The translations under genes and the position numbers were made by a program. From Eledone cirrhosa (Eukaryota), in assembly GCA_964016885.1 (NCBI GenBank), contig OZ024756.1, positions 30,814,001 through 30,878,000 on the forward strand: a stretch of 64,000 nt of DNA. Direction: 5' to 3'. Below, piece by piece: positions 29,226 through 48,220 of this stretch (positions within the stretch are counted from its first letter, which is position 1; every line of letters starts with the position of its first letter). The notes under the pieces were generated by a model. The model did not search any database and had not been told where the DNA came from. It saw only the letters and a program-made list of their open reading frames with translations.

Positions 29226-29799
29226 ATGTATATATGTGTGTGTATACACACACACATATATATATATAGTAAAAATATATTGATAGATAGAGAGATAGAT
29301 AAATACATGTACAAATATATATATATGTATATATGTGTGTTTGTGCCTGTGTGAGTGTGTGTCTGTGTGTTTTTGTGTGTCTGTGTGTGTTTGTGTCTGT
29401 GTGTTTGTGAGTGTGTGTCTGTGTGTCTGTGTCTGTGTATGTGTGTCTGTGTGTTTGTGATGGTGTGTCTGTGTGTCTGTATATCTGTGTCTCTACATGT
29501 GTACATGTAAAAGCAGGTAGTCAAAATCAGTAATATCTGAAACTTCAAAGATCTGCCATCTTGTGCTACAGGAAATGGAGATGGTACCCTGCTCAAATGG
29601 ACTTCCTGTTCTTTCAGTAATGGTTTGTACTTTTCATGTATATAAATGTTTGAAACTCTCTTTCAGTATATGTAATAACAACGCGTGTTCTATTGTTTTG
29701 TTTTATACAGTGTTGGTGTATTATGTGTCGTTATTTCTCTTTTGGAGAGAGTGTGACTATATTGTCCGCACTGTTTTGTGTGTTTCTCTCTATATATAT

Positions 29800-29880
<81 letters not shown>

Positions 29881-30053
29881 TATATATATATATACGCTGG
29901 TCCCAAGGTGAATCGAGGTTAACCACAGTAAATGAGGTAGAGGTTTGCGTAGGAAAAGGCTTCTACAGTACTAGAACTGTTTCATTCCTATTGATTTCAT
30001 ACGAATGAAACAGTGTTCTGCTCCAGTTGAATCCTTTTCTATATAAATCCCCC

Positions 30054-30098
<45 letters not shown>

Positions 30099-30199
30099 CC
30101 TTTCTATGTATACACACACACACACACACACATACATATATATAAATGTAACCTGAGTTTTACGAATATCAATAATAATATTATATATATATATATATA

Positions 30200-34123
<3,924 letters not shown>

Positions 34124-34166
34124 TTTTAAATAAATAAATAAAAAATTTGCTGTACTTCCTATATGT

Positions 34167-34248
34167 GCCTTTGCCGCGGTTTCATGCTCCAGAATAAACG
34201 GAAAATCCAAGCGGATTTCCATTGAGAAGGGAGCAATCTTCAGAAGGC
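34167..34248 (-). ncRNA. Hammerhead ribozyme with one core lesion (U16.1->C), just upstream of the PLE
   Basis: Minus strand: gcctt CTGAAGA ttgctcc..long loop..ggagcat GAA ACCGCGG C A aaggc; perfect 5-bp stem I, 6-bp stem II, palindromic CCGCGG. Confidence 0.72.
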
Positions 34249-34344
34249 TCTTTTCCCTCGGAGAATATAAAATTCCCGAGTTCAAATCACAAACTGACGC
34301 CATACAAAACCATTCCCAAATGAGAGCGAATGATGAAAGAAATA

Positions 34345-34400
<56 letters not shown>

Positions 34401-34650
34401 TGTATTTTTTATGACGAATATAATTTTTGGCAGATATTTCGGACATATGATATTTCAAAAACCAGCAGTGCACTAATGATTTAATGACATACAAATACAT
34501 TAATACATTATACACTGTTACATTTTATATGTATATGTGTGTGTCTATTATATACATATGTGTATGTGTGTGTATATGTATATGTATATGCTTACATATG
34601 TATATGTTTATATATGTGAACATATATAAAATCAGATATGAAATCAGATG

Positions 34651-34717
<67 letters not shown>

Positions 34718-34814
34718 CATATATGCACGTATGAATATATGTACATATGTATGCGATTTAGCGTAAAGGCATATATGTGTCCGACTGTCTAAGTTAACAT
34801 ATCTCTCTCTTCGA

Positions 34815-34925
<111 letters not shown>

Positions 34926-34952
34926 TGTATGTATGTATGTATGTATATATAT

Positions 34953-35362
34953 CGGGAGAGATGACCCCTTAGCCTTTGTCAAGGCAGAATTCTAGGAGAA
35001 GGAAAACTCTGATATAACACCTGCAACCCTGATGGTATCCAATGATGTTGACTTGTTCTTCTTTTTGGTAAATATCATCTTGGTTAAGAGAGTGGGACTG
35101 GCTTTGTGCAGTGCCTTTGCTCACTATAAAAGCTTCACGGCACAGGCATTGCTTTATATCTGGAGATCTCTCTGCACTTGTCGTCACATGGTACCATGGG
35201 CCCAGCACTATGTGTCAATAATTGTCACAAGTGTAGTGTTTGTACCAGAGTTTTCAAGTCGCTGGCTGGACTAAAAAGTCACAGTCGTTCAGCGCATCGG
35301 TAGGGGTTCTCCTACATGGATATAAAGTAGTGGCCGTACTCGAAAACGAGTTGGCAGCCACC

Positions 35363-35364
<2 letters not shown>
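34953..35364 (+). mobile_element. Non-autonomous bipartite RTE-derived element, copy 2
   Basis: Near-identical to 21373-21775 (offset 13589, no indels seen, a few substitutions). Confidence 0.78.
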
Positions 35365-35420
<56 letters not shown>

Positions 35421-35638
35421 ACACGCACATGCATACACAATATCATACCTAACTATAAATATTCATGAATAGATTCACTTAGAATTTTCTACATAAGATC
35501 TAAACTATATAATTAGGAATTGCTGATGGTAACATGGTAACAACATACACACATACATAAAATTATAAATATATACATGCATGTATACACTCATGTATGC
35601 AGACAAATATACAAAGATGCACACACACATACACACAA

Positions 35639-35684
<46 letters not shown>

Positions 35685-35879
35685 TCAGACATACGATCAA
35701 AAATGCTTACATTCAGACATCTATTTCATGTGTGTGTGTGTGAGTGTGTGGGTGTGTACGTGTCCAGTTAGAAAGATATCGCTACATAAAGATAGATTAA
35801 TAAATAGATGGATGTGAATATATAAGTAACATTCCATACACACACACACACACACATATGTATATATATCTATATATTC

Positions 35880-35992
<113 letters not shown>

Positions 35993-36009
35993 AGAGATAT
36001 ATAGATATA

Positions 36010-36084
<75 letters not shown>

Positions 36085-36507
36085 GTGTGTGTGTGTGTGT
36101 GTATGTGTGTGTGTGTGTGTGTGTATGTCCGTATATCTATATCTATATACACCACTATATAGTCTGAAAGAAATCCAGTGATTCTGAATGTGATAAGGTA
36201 GATTGATGTAATTATTGCATGAACGTAACTTTTCTCAATTTCAAATCTGTATAAACATCTTCCATTAACAAAATCACATATATATCTACAAAGGGAGAGA
36301 GAGAGAGAGAGTGAGAGAGAGAGAAATAGAGAGAGAGGGAGAAGGAAAGAGAGAGAGACAGAGAGAAAGTGTGAGACTGAGATAATGAGTGAAAGACAGA
36401 GAAAGAGAGCTAGAGAGAGAGAGATAAATAGACAGAGACATTTAGACGAACAGACATATAGACACACACATATATTATATATATACAGTATATATATATA
36501 TATATAT

Positions 36508-36692
36508 ATAGGAACCAGTAAGACCCCAACGGCTGAGCTCAAGCCGTTTAGACGGCTAATACTGGCGTCCAGAATTAGCCGTCGAAACGGCTTGAGCTCC
36601 CGTCGGGGTCTTACTGGTTCCTATTACCCACTCTACTACCCTAAGTATTGAGTACTTTGGTCCACCTAGTTCCTTACCACATTTCCTTCGTT
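36508..36692 (+). mobile_element. Family C element with fold-back hairpin 36508-36624 (HHR 3' half only)
   Basis: gacggctaat..attagccgtc GAAA cggc TT gagc; homologues at 26111-26211, 42592-42800, 50018-50169. Confidence 0.8.
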
Positions 36693-36748
36693 GCAGGTTG
36701 GTGTGGTTACTCCGGAGGAATGTAAAATATATATATATAATGTAATGT

Positions 36749-36800
<52 letters not shown>

Positions 36801-37030
36801 ATATTACATTATATATATATTATTTTACATTACTCCGGTGTAACCAAACCAACCTGCACACTTCGTCGAGTGCTCCAGCCTGCATACTGAGGTGTTGGTA
36901 TACAACCAACATATACTCAAAAATATATATATATATATATATGTGTACATATATATATATGTGTGTATGTATATATCTGTGTGCACACATATATATATAT
37001 ATATAAATATACATATACATACATATATCT

Positions 37031-37071
<41 letters not shown>

Positions 37072-37073
37072 CT

Positions 37074-37159
<86 letters not shown>

Positions 37160-37408
37160 CATATATTTATTTATAAACTGATATGTATGTATATGGCATG
37201 AAGTAACGTATGCTACCTTTATGTATCGGTTCATATAATACTGTGTCTAATTATGTGTGCCCTACATGTATATGTATATACATGCATATGTCGGTGTATA
37301 TGCATATATGTATGTATGCATATATGTATATATATATATACATATATGCATACATACATATATGCATATATATATATATATATATATATATGCATACATA
37401 CATATATG

Positions 37409-37440
<32 letters not shown>

Positions 37441-37563
37441 AAGAGAGTGAGAGAGATTTCCGATTACCTTGTGTGGTACGAACAGAAGCACACACAGAGG
37501 GAAGCACAAACACATACACTCATTTAAAGACATAGACACAGACCACACACACACACATAAATT

Positions 37564-37689
<126 letters not shown>

Positions 37690-37747
37690 CATATATATAC
37701 ATATATATATACATATATATACATATATATATTTATATAATATATAT

Positions 37748-37801
<54 letters not shown>

Positions 37802-37847
37802 CGTATATATATATTTCTATAATATATATAATGCATATATATATTTG

Positions 37848-37923
<76 letters not shown>

Positions 37924-38233
37924 GTGAATGTGTATGTGTGTGTATCTTAGCATGTTTATATACTTTGGTGATATGATTGATTGCAAGTATTGATTTTTTT
38001 CCTCTTTTGTATCTCATGTACTGATATTTTCATATGCCAGATATTTTCTATCTAAAGTTTCATCATCTTTAAAGATGGCTGCCAAACAGTAATTGCTTTG
38101 ATGCTACGCCTTCCTGCTTAGAACATATTGAACATGGCCGCATTTTTTACCCTCCCTTACGAATCGAAATATGTACTCATCATGGCATATTTCTAGAATA
38201 TAGACATTTTTTTTATTTCGTGTGCTTTTATCG

Positions 38234-38234
<1 letters not shown>

Positions 38235-38326
<92 letters not shown>

Positions 38327-38373
38327 CAGCAGCAGCATCAGTAGTAGTAGTAGTAGTAGTAATAGTAGTAGTG

Positions 38374-38427
<54 letters not shown>
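38235..38427. repeat. (AGT)n microsatellite
   Basis: Direct inspection. Confidence 0.95.
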
Positions 38428-38428
<1 letters not shown>

Positions 38429-39261
38429 GTACTCACTTTCAACTAAGGGAAATGATATGTCTCGTTCATGAACGCATAGCGTGGACCTGTTCGAGGAATC
38501 GAACCCACGACGTTATGATTATGAACGCAACACCCTTAACACAAACCCTGTTCTTTTCTGTTGCATGCATGATGTCGGTTAATCGAAATTTTTTTTTTCT
38601 TCACCCTGTATGATATATGTGCTTGACGTACAAATGTGTACAACATTCCATACATGACCTCCGTCTGTACACATCATCAAAATCATCAACATCATCCGAC
38701 GTTTTTCCCTGCTAGTAAGTGATGGCTTAAACTCGTTTACATATTTTCCTACGTTCTTGCTGGGATGCACTGCACTACATCGTGACAACTGCTCTTGGAG
38801 TTTGTCATATCTTGGTAGTTTGTCATATCTTAGACACTACTGAGGAGTCCTCAGGACATTTCTCGGCCTTTGGCATGTTTTCTACAGAATCTACTGGGTG
38901 TGTGTTATCCTATAACCAGCACTATAGATGTTATCCTGCCCTTCAAACAAATAAAGTGTCATATGATGATGGTTTTGCCATGGTTTCTACAGCCTTTTTT
39001 TATCAACGATCACCTCATAACGTGTACTGAGTTCATTATTTATGGCACCAGCACATGTGAGGTTGTTCTGACCTACCTGAAGTGCCCTAGCAATCATTTT
39101 TGGCATTATTTCTAGGGCGGGTTACCATATCAATCCCTTTCCTGAATACAATAGGTACCTTTATCGCACAGTACTAGCATAATACACGGTGTATTCATAC
39201 AAAAACTATCCTTTTCCTGTGGCTATTTTACTATAATTATTTTAATAGTGTAAATACCATC

Positions 39262-39448
39262 ATTGGCAGTTCCAGTAGATCATCAGACACCATGCTTTGC
39301 AACGTAGAGTTATGCCCCTTTGTGTTCTGAGTTCAAATCCCGCCGCGCTTTATTTTGCCTTTCTTCCTTACGGGGTCGATGAAATAAAGCACTAGTAATG
39401 CACTGGGGTGATTACTGGCCTTGTGTCAAAAGTAGAGACAATTATTAT
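39262..39448 (+). mobile_element. SINE family 1
   Basis: ttggcagttccagtag..ctgagttcaaatcccgccg..ggccttgtgtcaaaagtagagacaattatta. Confidence 0.8.
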
Positions 39449-41266
39449 GTAGAGACAGAATTCGTGTAAATATTCTTTGGGGCGTTAGGCACGGTCCCCA
39501 AACGTCTTAAATCTTTCATCAAATGCTTTGTGATCCCCGACTTCATAGACAGTGCCCAGGCTTCTACCATGACTAGTACTACCAGAATCTTACGCGATAT
39601 ATTGAGCCTCTGATATCAAGGCTGATATGAGGCCAATTAACACACTTCCCCTCACAACAGATTGCTAGAGAAACTTTAGAAAATGGAGGTAAGTATTATT
39701 ATTATCATTTTGGGATTTTATTTGTTTGAATTCATCCTTTGCGTGTTCATTAGTCAACGTTAAATTTCAATTTGATTATCTCTCGCAAAATCTATTATTA
39801 TAATGATATGGCAAAGAAAAATAACGAAACCTTTGAGATTCTAGTTAATGATAAGGGTGGTATCTCTGTTTCATGTGTGATAGGAATGTACCATTACCAC
39901 TTACCATTCTGTACCGAATGAAACAGTATTAGCAAAACATTATTAAAAAGCACAAAACAGCACTATAATTACATAACTACATCGCATTAACGATTCAAAC
40001 CTTTTCTCCAATGCTGCAACTTTTCACAACGATCTGTCCACTATTAAATACACTACAAACATTTAAATTAACTTCATTATTGTAGACATTATCAGCTAAA
40101 TTTTTACAAGATGCTAGCGTAGATAAACATAGCTTGGATTGGCAGAGTCACTAGAGCAACTGACAAAACAACCTGTGATGTATAATTTTCTTCCTGAGTT
40201 CAACTCCTGCCAATACCGACATTACTTATTTTTTCTGTTCTTCAACTATAAAATAGAGTATAAGTGGGATAAGCAAACGTAGTCCTTACATCAGAGAGAG
40301 TGAGAAAGAGAGAGAGAGAGAGGGGGGGCATATCAGTGAGATGGAGAGAGATAAAGAAAATGAGGGTGGGGCATATAGATAGGTAGATAGTGGAAGAGAA
40401 GAAGAAGAAGAAGATAAAATGATTTGCAGCCTTTAATTACAGCTCTCTACATTGTAAGTTCAAATCACTTCTAAGTCAACTTAAATTCATTCCACTAGGG
40501 TAGATATATTGCCAATTCAACAATATGTCAATGTTATTGACTTATTGCACACCCTTACCTGACAATTGAGGGCTCTGTGCCCAAATTAGAATCTAATGTT
40601 AGTCAACGTAATTACTACAACCGGGAATTGAAACTGGTTGAAAATTACCAATTTACATCAATGTTTATATATAACTTGTTTATCTTTAACATGTTGTGGT
40701 AGGCTGTTGTTGCCTTACAAGATGTTTACTACAATGTCTGCCACGGATGTCTTCATAAATATATGGCGGCTTATCTAAATTTATTTGAAAGACTAGCTAG
40801 TATTTATCTTTCAAATCGATTTGTATCTCTTAAGTATGATGAACCGTTCAGGGAAAATGTTACTGTTTTAATTGGTAGTTCTTTAAAACTGGAAAGTAAA
40901 TTACTGCAATCAGGAGATAGTTGAGCAATTAAGTAAATTAAGAATTAGTTAACGTTAACGTCGACACCATCAACAATAGTGTCCTTTCAAATAGAGGAAT
41001 ACCACGCTCTCTGCTCTGAAAACTAATTTATTTGATAGAGGAAATAACTGAGTAATTGTTTATAAATTACCAACGTCAATTCAACACACGTAAATAAGAA
41101 ATGAAAGAGGGGAGCTTAAATTTGTTCATGTTTCTGAATGTGTTTTAACATTTTACTTTTCATTCAAGTATGGAAATACATACATATATACATATATACA
41201 TACACACACAGACACAGACATACACACAGACAGACACCCACACCCACACACACACACACATACACC

Positions 41267-41404
<138 letters not shown>

Positions 41405-41448
41405 CACACATATATATATATATATACATACATATACGTATATATATA

Positions 41449-41660
41449 TGATGATGGCAGCAAACTCGTTTTGGAGGATTGCCATCACCTGATAAAATGC
41501 TGAAAACTATGAGGAAGGAATGTGGCTCTTTAAACCAGCCAAAGACTTGCACCCTCGGGCATATACATGGCACATACATGGCACATACATGGCACATACA
41601 TGCCAATAGTAGGCTCTTCTGGGACTTTCCATTGCTTTCTTCTGGCTGTCTGTTCTCATA
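41449..41660 (-). mobile_element. RTE LINE 3'-end fragment
   Basis: Encodes [21 protein letters not shown]; 3' UTR ctccaaaacgagtttgctgccatcat resembles ctcgaaaacgagttggcagccaccat of the 400-bp element; (TA)n tail. Confidence 0.65.
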
Positions 41661-41721
41661 AATACATGCATACATACACGGGCATACATATATAGCTGTA
41701 GATAAATATATATATATACGC

Positions 41722-41758
<37 letters not shown>

Positions 41759-41923
41759 GGAAAATGTGTGAAATCGTTGGTATAGTTAGGTATATTTGAA
41801 AAAAGGAAACGAATGACTTCACTTATAGTCCTAAAAAATTTGCTTTAATTTCATAATATTATAATATTATAAAATTGAATCAAATTGTTTAGAACTACAA
41901 GCGAAGTCATTCTTTTCTTTTTT

Positions 41924-41970
<47 letters not shown>

Positions 41971-42386
41971 GCATATATATGTATGTGTTTTTTTGTCTGT
42001 ATGTATACACTTTTTAGTATATATATTAAAAGATGCATACATTAGACAATCTCAGTGGTGATGGCAGTTTAACATGTAATATACCGATCATACATCTAGG
42101 CATCTAGCAGACTCCTATTGTACTCTGATTATATAAATATTTATCACCACATCCATGGAGTCCTCCCTTTTTTATTCCTATTGATATGTATACGATACAT
42201 TTATACATGTATATCTATCTAGCTATACTACATGTGTGTGTGTATATGTGGGTGGGTGTGTGTGTGTGTGTTTGTCTGTATTTATACACATATGCACACA
42301 CAGATACAGACACATATGCATATATATTTATATATGTACATATAAATATATATATAAATATTAATTTATTTATATACACACACACA

Positions 42387-42438
<52 letters not shown>

Positions 42439-42556
42439 AATATTTATTTATTTTGTGGTCTTGTTTTGCTTAACTAATGAATATTTCTAGCTCTGCGCAC
42501 CTAACTTCTGCAGGAACCCATCCACCTAGCTGCTTTCTACTGCATATTGCACATTG

Positions 42557-42591
<35 letters not shown>

Positions 42592-42593
<2 letters not shown>

Positions 42594-42800
42594 CGAAGGA
42601 AATGTGGTAAGGAACCAGGTGGACCATAACGCACCAAAGTACTCAATACTTAGGGTAGTAGAGTGGGTAATAGGAACGAGTAGGACCCCGACGGCTGAGC
42701 TCAAGCCGTTTCGACTGCTAATTCTGGACTCAATTAGCCGTCCAGTATTAGCCGTCGAAACGGCTTGAGCTCAGCCGTCGGGGGTCCTACTCGTTCCTAT
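42592..42800 (-). mobile_element. Family C element with fold-back hairpin 42670-42800
   Basis: Reverse complement of 36508-36692; (TA)n on both sides. Confidence 0.8.
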
Positions 42801-42842
42801 ATATATATATATATGTATATAATATTTAGTTACACACACACA

Positions 42843-42990
<148 letters not shown>

Positions 42991-43469
42991 CATATAATTA
43001 TAAATACACAGTTAATATTTTTCAACATACGTACACTTATGAAGCATTCAATATAACCCATCAATTTCCATCAATCTTTATGCCAGTCCTGGTTATAGAC
43101 TTTATTTATTTATCCATTGTGAGTTTTACGTCGAATATCAAAACAATAGCAGATTATTTAAATAGAAATAAGCAACGTATAAAGCTGCCTCATTATCAAT
43201 ACAGATATATATTAGATTGTAAAGGAATATACATTTTGAAATGTTTATCTATCTTAGCGTTAGTGCATGTGGCTAAACATTGAGAGGCATATAAGTTCAT
43301 ACAACAACATATATGTATATATATATGTATGTGTATATATATAAGTGCGCGCGTGTGTGTGTGTGTGTATGTGTGTGCGTCTGACTGTCTGTGTGTGTGT
43401 GTGGTTTTATTCATGTGTGCATATATATATATATATTTATATACACACAAAAACACACACATATCCATT

Positions 43470-43504
<35 letters not shown>

Positions 43505-43794
43505 TTATGCACTTGTGTGTTTCCATACTTGCCTAATTCACCTCATTTAAATTATTGAATTTCCTAGCAAAATGTACATTAAATTATTAAAGAAAATATA
43601 ATAGACAGAGATATATTGTTATGGGACAATTATAAAACATATTTCCGACCATAAATTCTGAGTTGAAAGATATGTTGTGTTGAATAATTCGTACGCACAT
43701 ACCCCTAATCACATTAAAAAAATACTACATCTTCCGTCAATAGAGACGATGAATTTTGAAGCCATTATTTCAAATAAAAGTTCGCATCATAGAT

Positions 43795-43829
<35 letters not shown>

Positions 43830-43853
43830 ATATATCTATCTATCTATCTATCT

Positions 43854-43952
<99 letters not shown>

Positions 43953-44446
43953 GAGAGACAGATAGATAGTTAGATAGATAGAGAGAGAGATTCTATGATG
44001 GGAACTTTATATATATACATATTATATTACATATATATGTATATATATTAATATACATATACACGCAGACACACAGACACACATACAAGCACGCACACAC
44101 ACACAAATATATATATATAAATGCCATTGTTAATTAATAAATAAATCAACTAATACCTTAACACTTCACACAGTAAAATATTTCGTTTTAATCATTTTCT
44201 AACCCAGAAAAAAAGAGAGAAATAAATAAAAATGGAAAATAATATATTTTTCTTCCTAATAATCGTCTTTTTCTCCCTGTTTTCAAATATATATCATAAA
44301 TTATGTCCTTAGAATTATTAGATAAAATATATACCATTTCCTCTCCCAATTAGCATAATTAACCATATAAAAAATCAATTAGACCAGGCTATAAGAATAA
44401 AGGTTCCTATATATATATTGATATATATATATATAAATATATATAT

Positions 44447-44509
<63 letters not shown>

Positions 44510-45484
44510 AAGAGGGAGAGAGAGAGAGAGAGATGAAGATATGTAAGATTAAAATTTGTTAGTGCGAATCAATGTAATGAAACATGTTAAAGAACAGACT
44601 CTAAATAAATCTTTCTCGTCTAGCCTTTACTTCTTGCCTAGTCGTTTGTTTTTCCTAGTACTACAACTTAACTTTATATATATGTATATATGTTGAAGAG
44701 AGAGAGAGAAAGAGAGAGAGAGAGGGTGGAGGGAGAGAGAGAAATGGAGAGAGAGAAAGTGTGGAAGCAGACGCATTAACCGAGTAATCACAGTTTGAGA
44801 TATCACGGCTGTAAGGTAGTAATTCCGATTTACTGAAAGATCGTGGCTTTGTGTCCTTTAAAATGTTATTATTTCACGTCGCTTCTCTGGACACTGTTGC
44901 TAAAAATAAAGTAAGACAAAACAGGATCCAGTCTGTCTTAGAGTATATCTTTTCTATGGCAAAGTTGTTGGCGCTGAGCTGTAGAAACTGTGATTGTAGG
45001 GTAACTATTTGTCCTCTATAAAAAGAAACCTTGCCTTTGTATTTTGGAGAAGTAGTATTCTAGGTGTAAGCCTATGGTCTAATAGTGTTATGTTGTCCTT
45101 TAGATAAATTCCACTCTATTCATATACTTAGTACAGCAAAACACTTTATGGTAGTTTTACATTCATTTTGTTTTGGTAGTTTTACATTCATTTTGTTTTC
45201 ACCTCGCTACTTCATCTACCAAAGATTTCTTCATGTGCTAACATTTATTAAGGGGAGACGACACCTCTCTTGTTAATTACATGTCACCCAAGGAAATGAC
45301 TGAGTATGCTAAGAAAAAATATTACTTTAAACCTCAGGTGGAACGAACGGGAAACAGGGTTTGACAAAGCACGCCAAATGTATTGCAGGTGCAAATGAAT
45401 TTCTTAAACTGTAATTCCCGTCTATTCATGATTAACTCACAGACGTTGAGTCAACTTATGGGAAAATAAAACCATATGTATATA

Positions 45485-45792
45485 TATTAATTCAAAATAT
45501 TAACAAAATAGATATTCTTGTGATCAATTATATTTTATTATACATATTTCAGAGGTACTGAGTTAAGTTCAACAGTACGTCCTCACAGATAAAATAAAAT
45601 GATACATGACATACCCTGACATGGTAGATGGTTAAGATTCAGTCATGGTAGTATGTCAGGGTATGTCATGTATCATTTTATTTTATCTGATGACGACGTA
45701 CTGTTGAACTTAACTCAGTACCTCTGAAATATGTATAATAAAATATAATTGATCACAAGAATATCTATTTTGTTAATATTTTGAATTAATAT
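45485..45792. repeat. ~300-bp fold-back palindrome (arms ~138 bp, 30-nt loop) carrying two HHR copies
   Basis: attaattcaaaatattaac..ccctgacat / atgtcaggg..gttaatattttgaattaat. Confidence 0.9.
45681..45743 (+). ncRNA. Hammerhead ribozyme, intact core, in right arm of palindrome 45485-45792
   Basis: ttttat CTGATGA cgacgtactg ttgaacttaact cagtacctct GAA ATATGTAT A ataaaa; the mirror copy at 45533-45594 (-) has CTG-TGA (1-nt deletion). Confidence 0.75.
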
Positions 45793-45883
45793 TAATAACT
45801 CTGGAAAAACTTTAACTGTTGAGTGCTTCCAATCTATTGTAAAACTCATTCTTTGATGTATTCATTGAACCTTGTTTAACTTT

Positions 45884-45967
<84 letters not shown>

Positions 45968-46189
45968 ATGCAAACCACTAGAGAAATACAAACCCTCCAT
46001 CTCAATTTTATTTTTGAAAAGCATAAGAACTGTGAAACCGGTAAAGTAAGTAAATAAATATTCTTAAAAGACTCCAGTTGCATTTTCAATTCCTGTTCCT
46101 AATATATATATATATATAACAAGCAGTGTAAGTCAACAGGTTGAAATTATCTTCGTTTATTCATTTTCGCTGCAATATATATTTCGCCA

Positions 46190-46490
46190 AACAAGATGGC
46201 GTAGGACAGAACAAAGGAGAGGCACAAAAACAAGGAATCCCCAGTCACTGAAAAGGTCACAGAATATGTGACGAAAGAACTTAGACAATATATAAACAAT
46301 CATCTGGTTGTGGAACCAACCAACCGGAAATTTATAAATTCCTAAATTTATAAATTTATTATAATAAATTGAAGTGAAAGCAACTGGTGCGTGTGTTACT
46401 TATTGGCAACATGACCCTCCCAAAGTATAACAATATCGGTTTTAACACACGTTTTCAGATAAAGAATCTTGCTAAACAAATTCGGAAACG

Positions 46491-46495
<5 letters not shown>
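46190..46495 (+). mobile_element. Family B element, most complete copy (HHR relic 46244-46286, CUGAAAA)
   Basis: gtca CTGAAAA g gtcac agaatat gtgac GAA AGAACT T agac; 3' part nearly identical to 57030-57185; ends in (TA)n. Confidence 0.8.
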
Positions 46496-46527
<32 letters not shown>

Positions 46528-46529
<2 letters not shown>

Positions 46530-46746
46530 AAAACGATCGACTTTCGTCAAATCGGACCGAGGTACAATGTTTCCGTTGGTCTTTCCAATTGCTAATACTA
46601 TCTATCGGTCGCAACTCCAGATAGAAGGAGCAACGTGAAATAAAGTGTCTTGCTCAAGGACATAACGCATCGCCTGGTCCAGGAATCGAACTCACAACCT
46701 TAGGATTGCGAATCGAATTCTCTAACCACTCAGCCACGCGCCTTCA
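46528..46746 (-). mobile_element. tRNA-derived SINE family 3 (family-2-like head, different body)
   Basis: Minus strand A box tggctgagtgg, B box gagttcgattcc; body gcgaccgatagatagtattagcaattggaaagaccaacggaaacattg..cctcggtccgatttgacgaaagtcgatcg. Confidence 0.8.
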
Positions 46747-46795
46747 GAATGTATATATAGATATGTATATATATATATATATATATATATGCATA

Positions 46796-47028
<233 letters not shown>

Positions 47029-47569
47029 CTATATATACATACTCATACATATGTTTATACATCACCAAACCCAATCGTATATGAGTATTAAAATATATAT
47101 ATATATACATATACATATATATATGTATATATATATTAATATATGTGATTGTGCAGGTGTGGGTGGTTGTGTAGGTATGTGTATAGTCTGTGTTTGCGTG
47201 TGAGTGTGAGTGTGTGTGTGTACATATATGCCTGTTACTATGTATGTGTGGGCACATGCTTTCCACTTTTGGGATCATTGCTTAAATCGGAAGTCAATGA
47301 TTTTTTTCGAGATCTTTGAAGTGCATTCTTTGATAAGCCCTTATAACTGCTCTCATATATATTAATTTACAATAAAATTGCAGTAAATTGCAGAATATTT
47401 CCAGAAAAACGCTAAATCGTTATTTAGTCAGTGTAATTCCATCGTGTTTTCCTATCATTCTCTTTTTGGGAATGGTTCATTGGTTCATTATTGTTAATGA
47501 GAATAACTGAATCACAGTATCAAATAGACTGTTTGTTTTAACTACATATTTGTTGTTGATGGGGATTGC

Positions 47570-47630
<61 letters not shown>

Positions 47631-47668
47631 TATATATGTGTGTAGATATATAGATATATATATGCGTA

Positions 47669-47722
<54 letters not shown>

Positions 47723-47744
47723 TGTGTGTGTGTGTGTGTGTGTA

Positions 47745-47789
<45 letters not shown>

Positions 47790-48026
47790 ATTTTTTTACT
47801 TTTCAATAGTAATCTTTATCATGAAAGGAAAAATTAAATACACATTGCGCACACACACACACACACACAAACCATCACATACACACACACACACAAATAC
47901 ATACATATATATAGAGAGAGAGGGAGAGACAGTGAGATGAGACAGACAGAGAGAAAGGAATATACACAAACATACATACATGCACACACACTCATATATA
48001 AATGTATGTATCTATATATATATATA

Positions 48027-48071
<45 letters not shown>

Positions 48072-48176
48072 AGAGAGAGGGGGAGAGACAGAGAGGAGGA
48101 GGGATAAATACATACATTTATTCATACATACATACATACATACACACATACATACATACATACATACATACATACA

Positions 48177-48208
<32 letters not shown>

Positions 48209-48220
48209 GGAATACATATA

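Noticed and set aside
46387-46495. Repeated peptide [28 protein letters not shown] (also 57078) as a gene
   Set aside because: Part of the family B repeat running into (TA)n. It could be the start of a PLE ORF within a pseudo-LTR, but no recognisable motif supports that.
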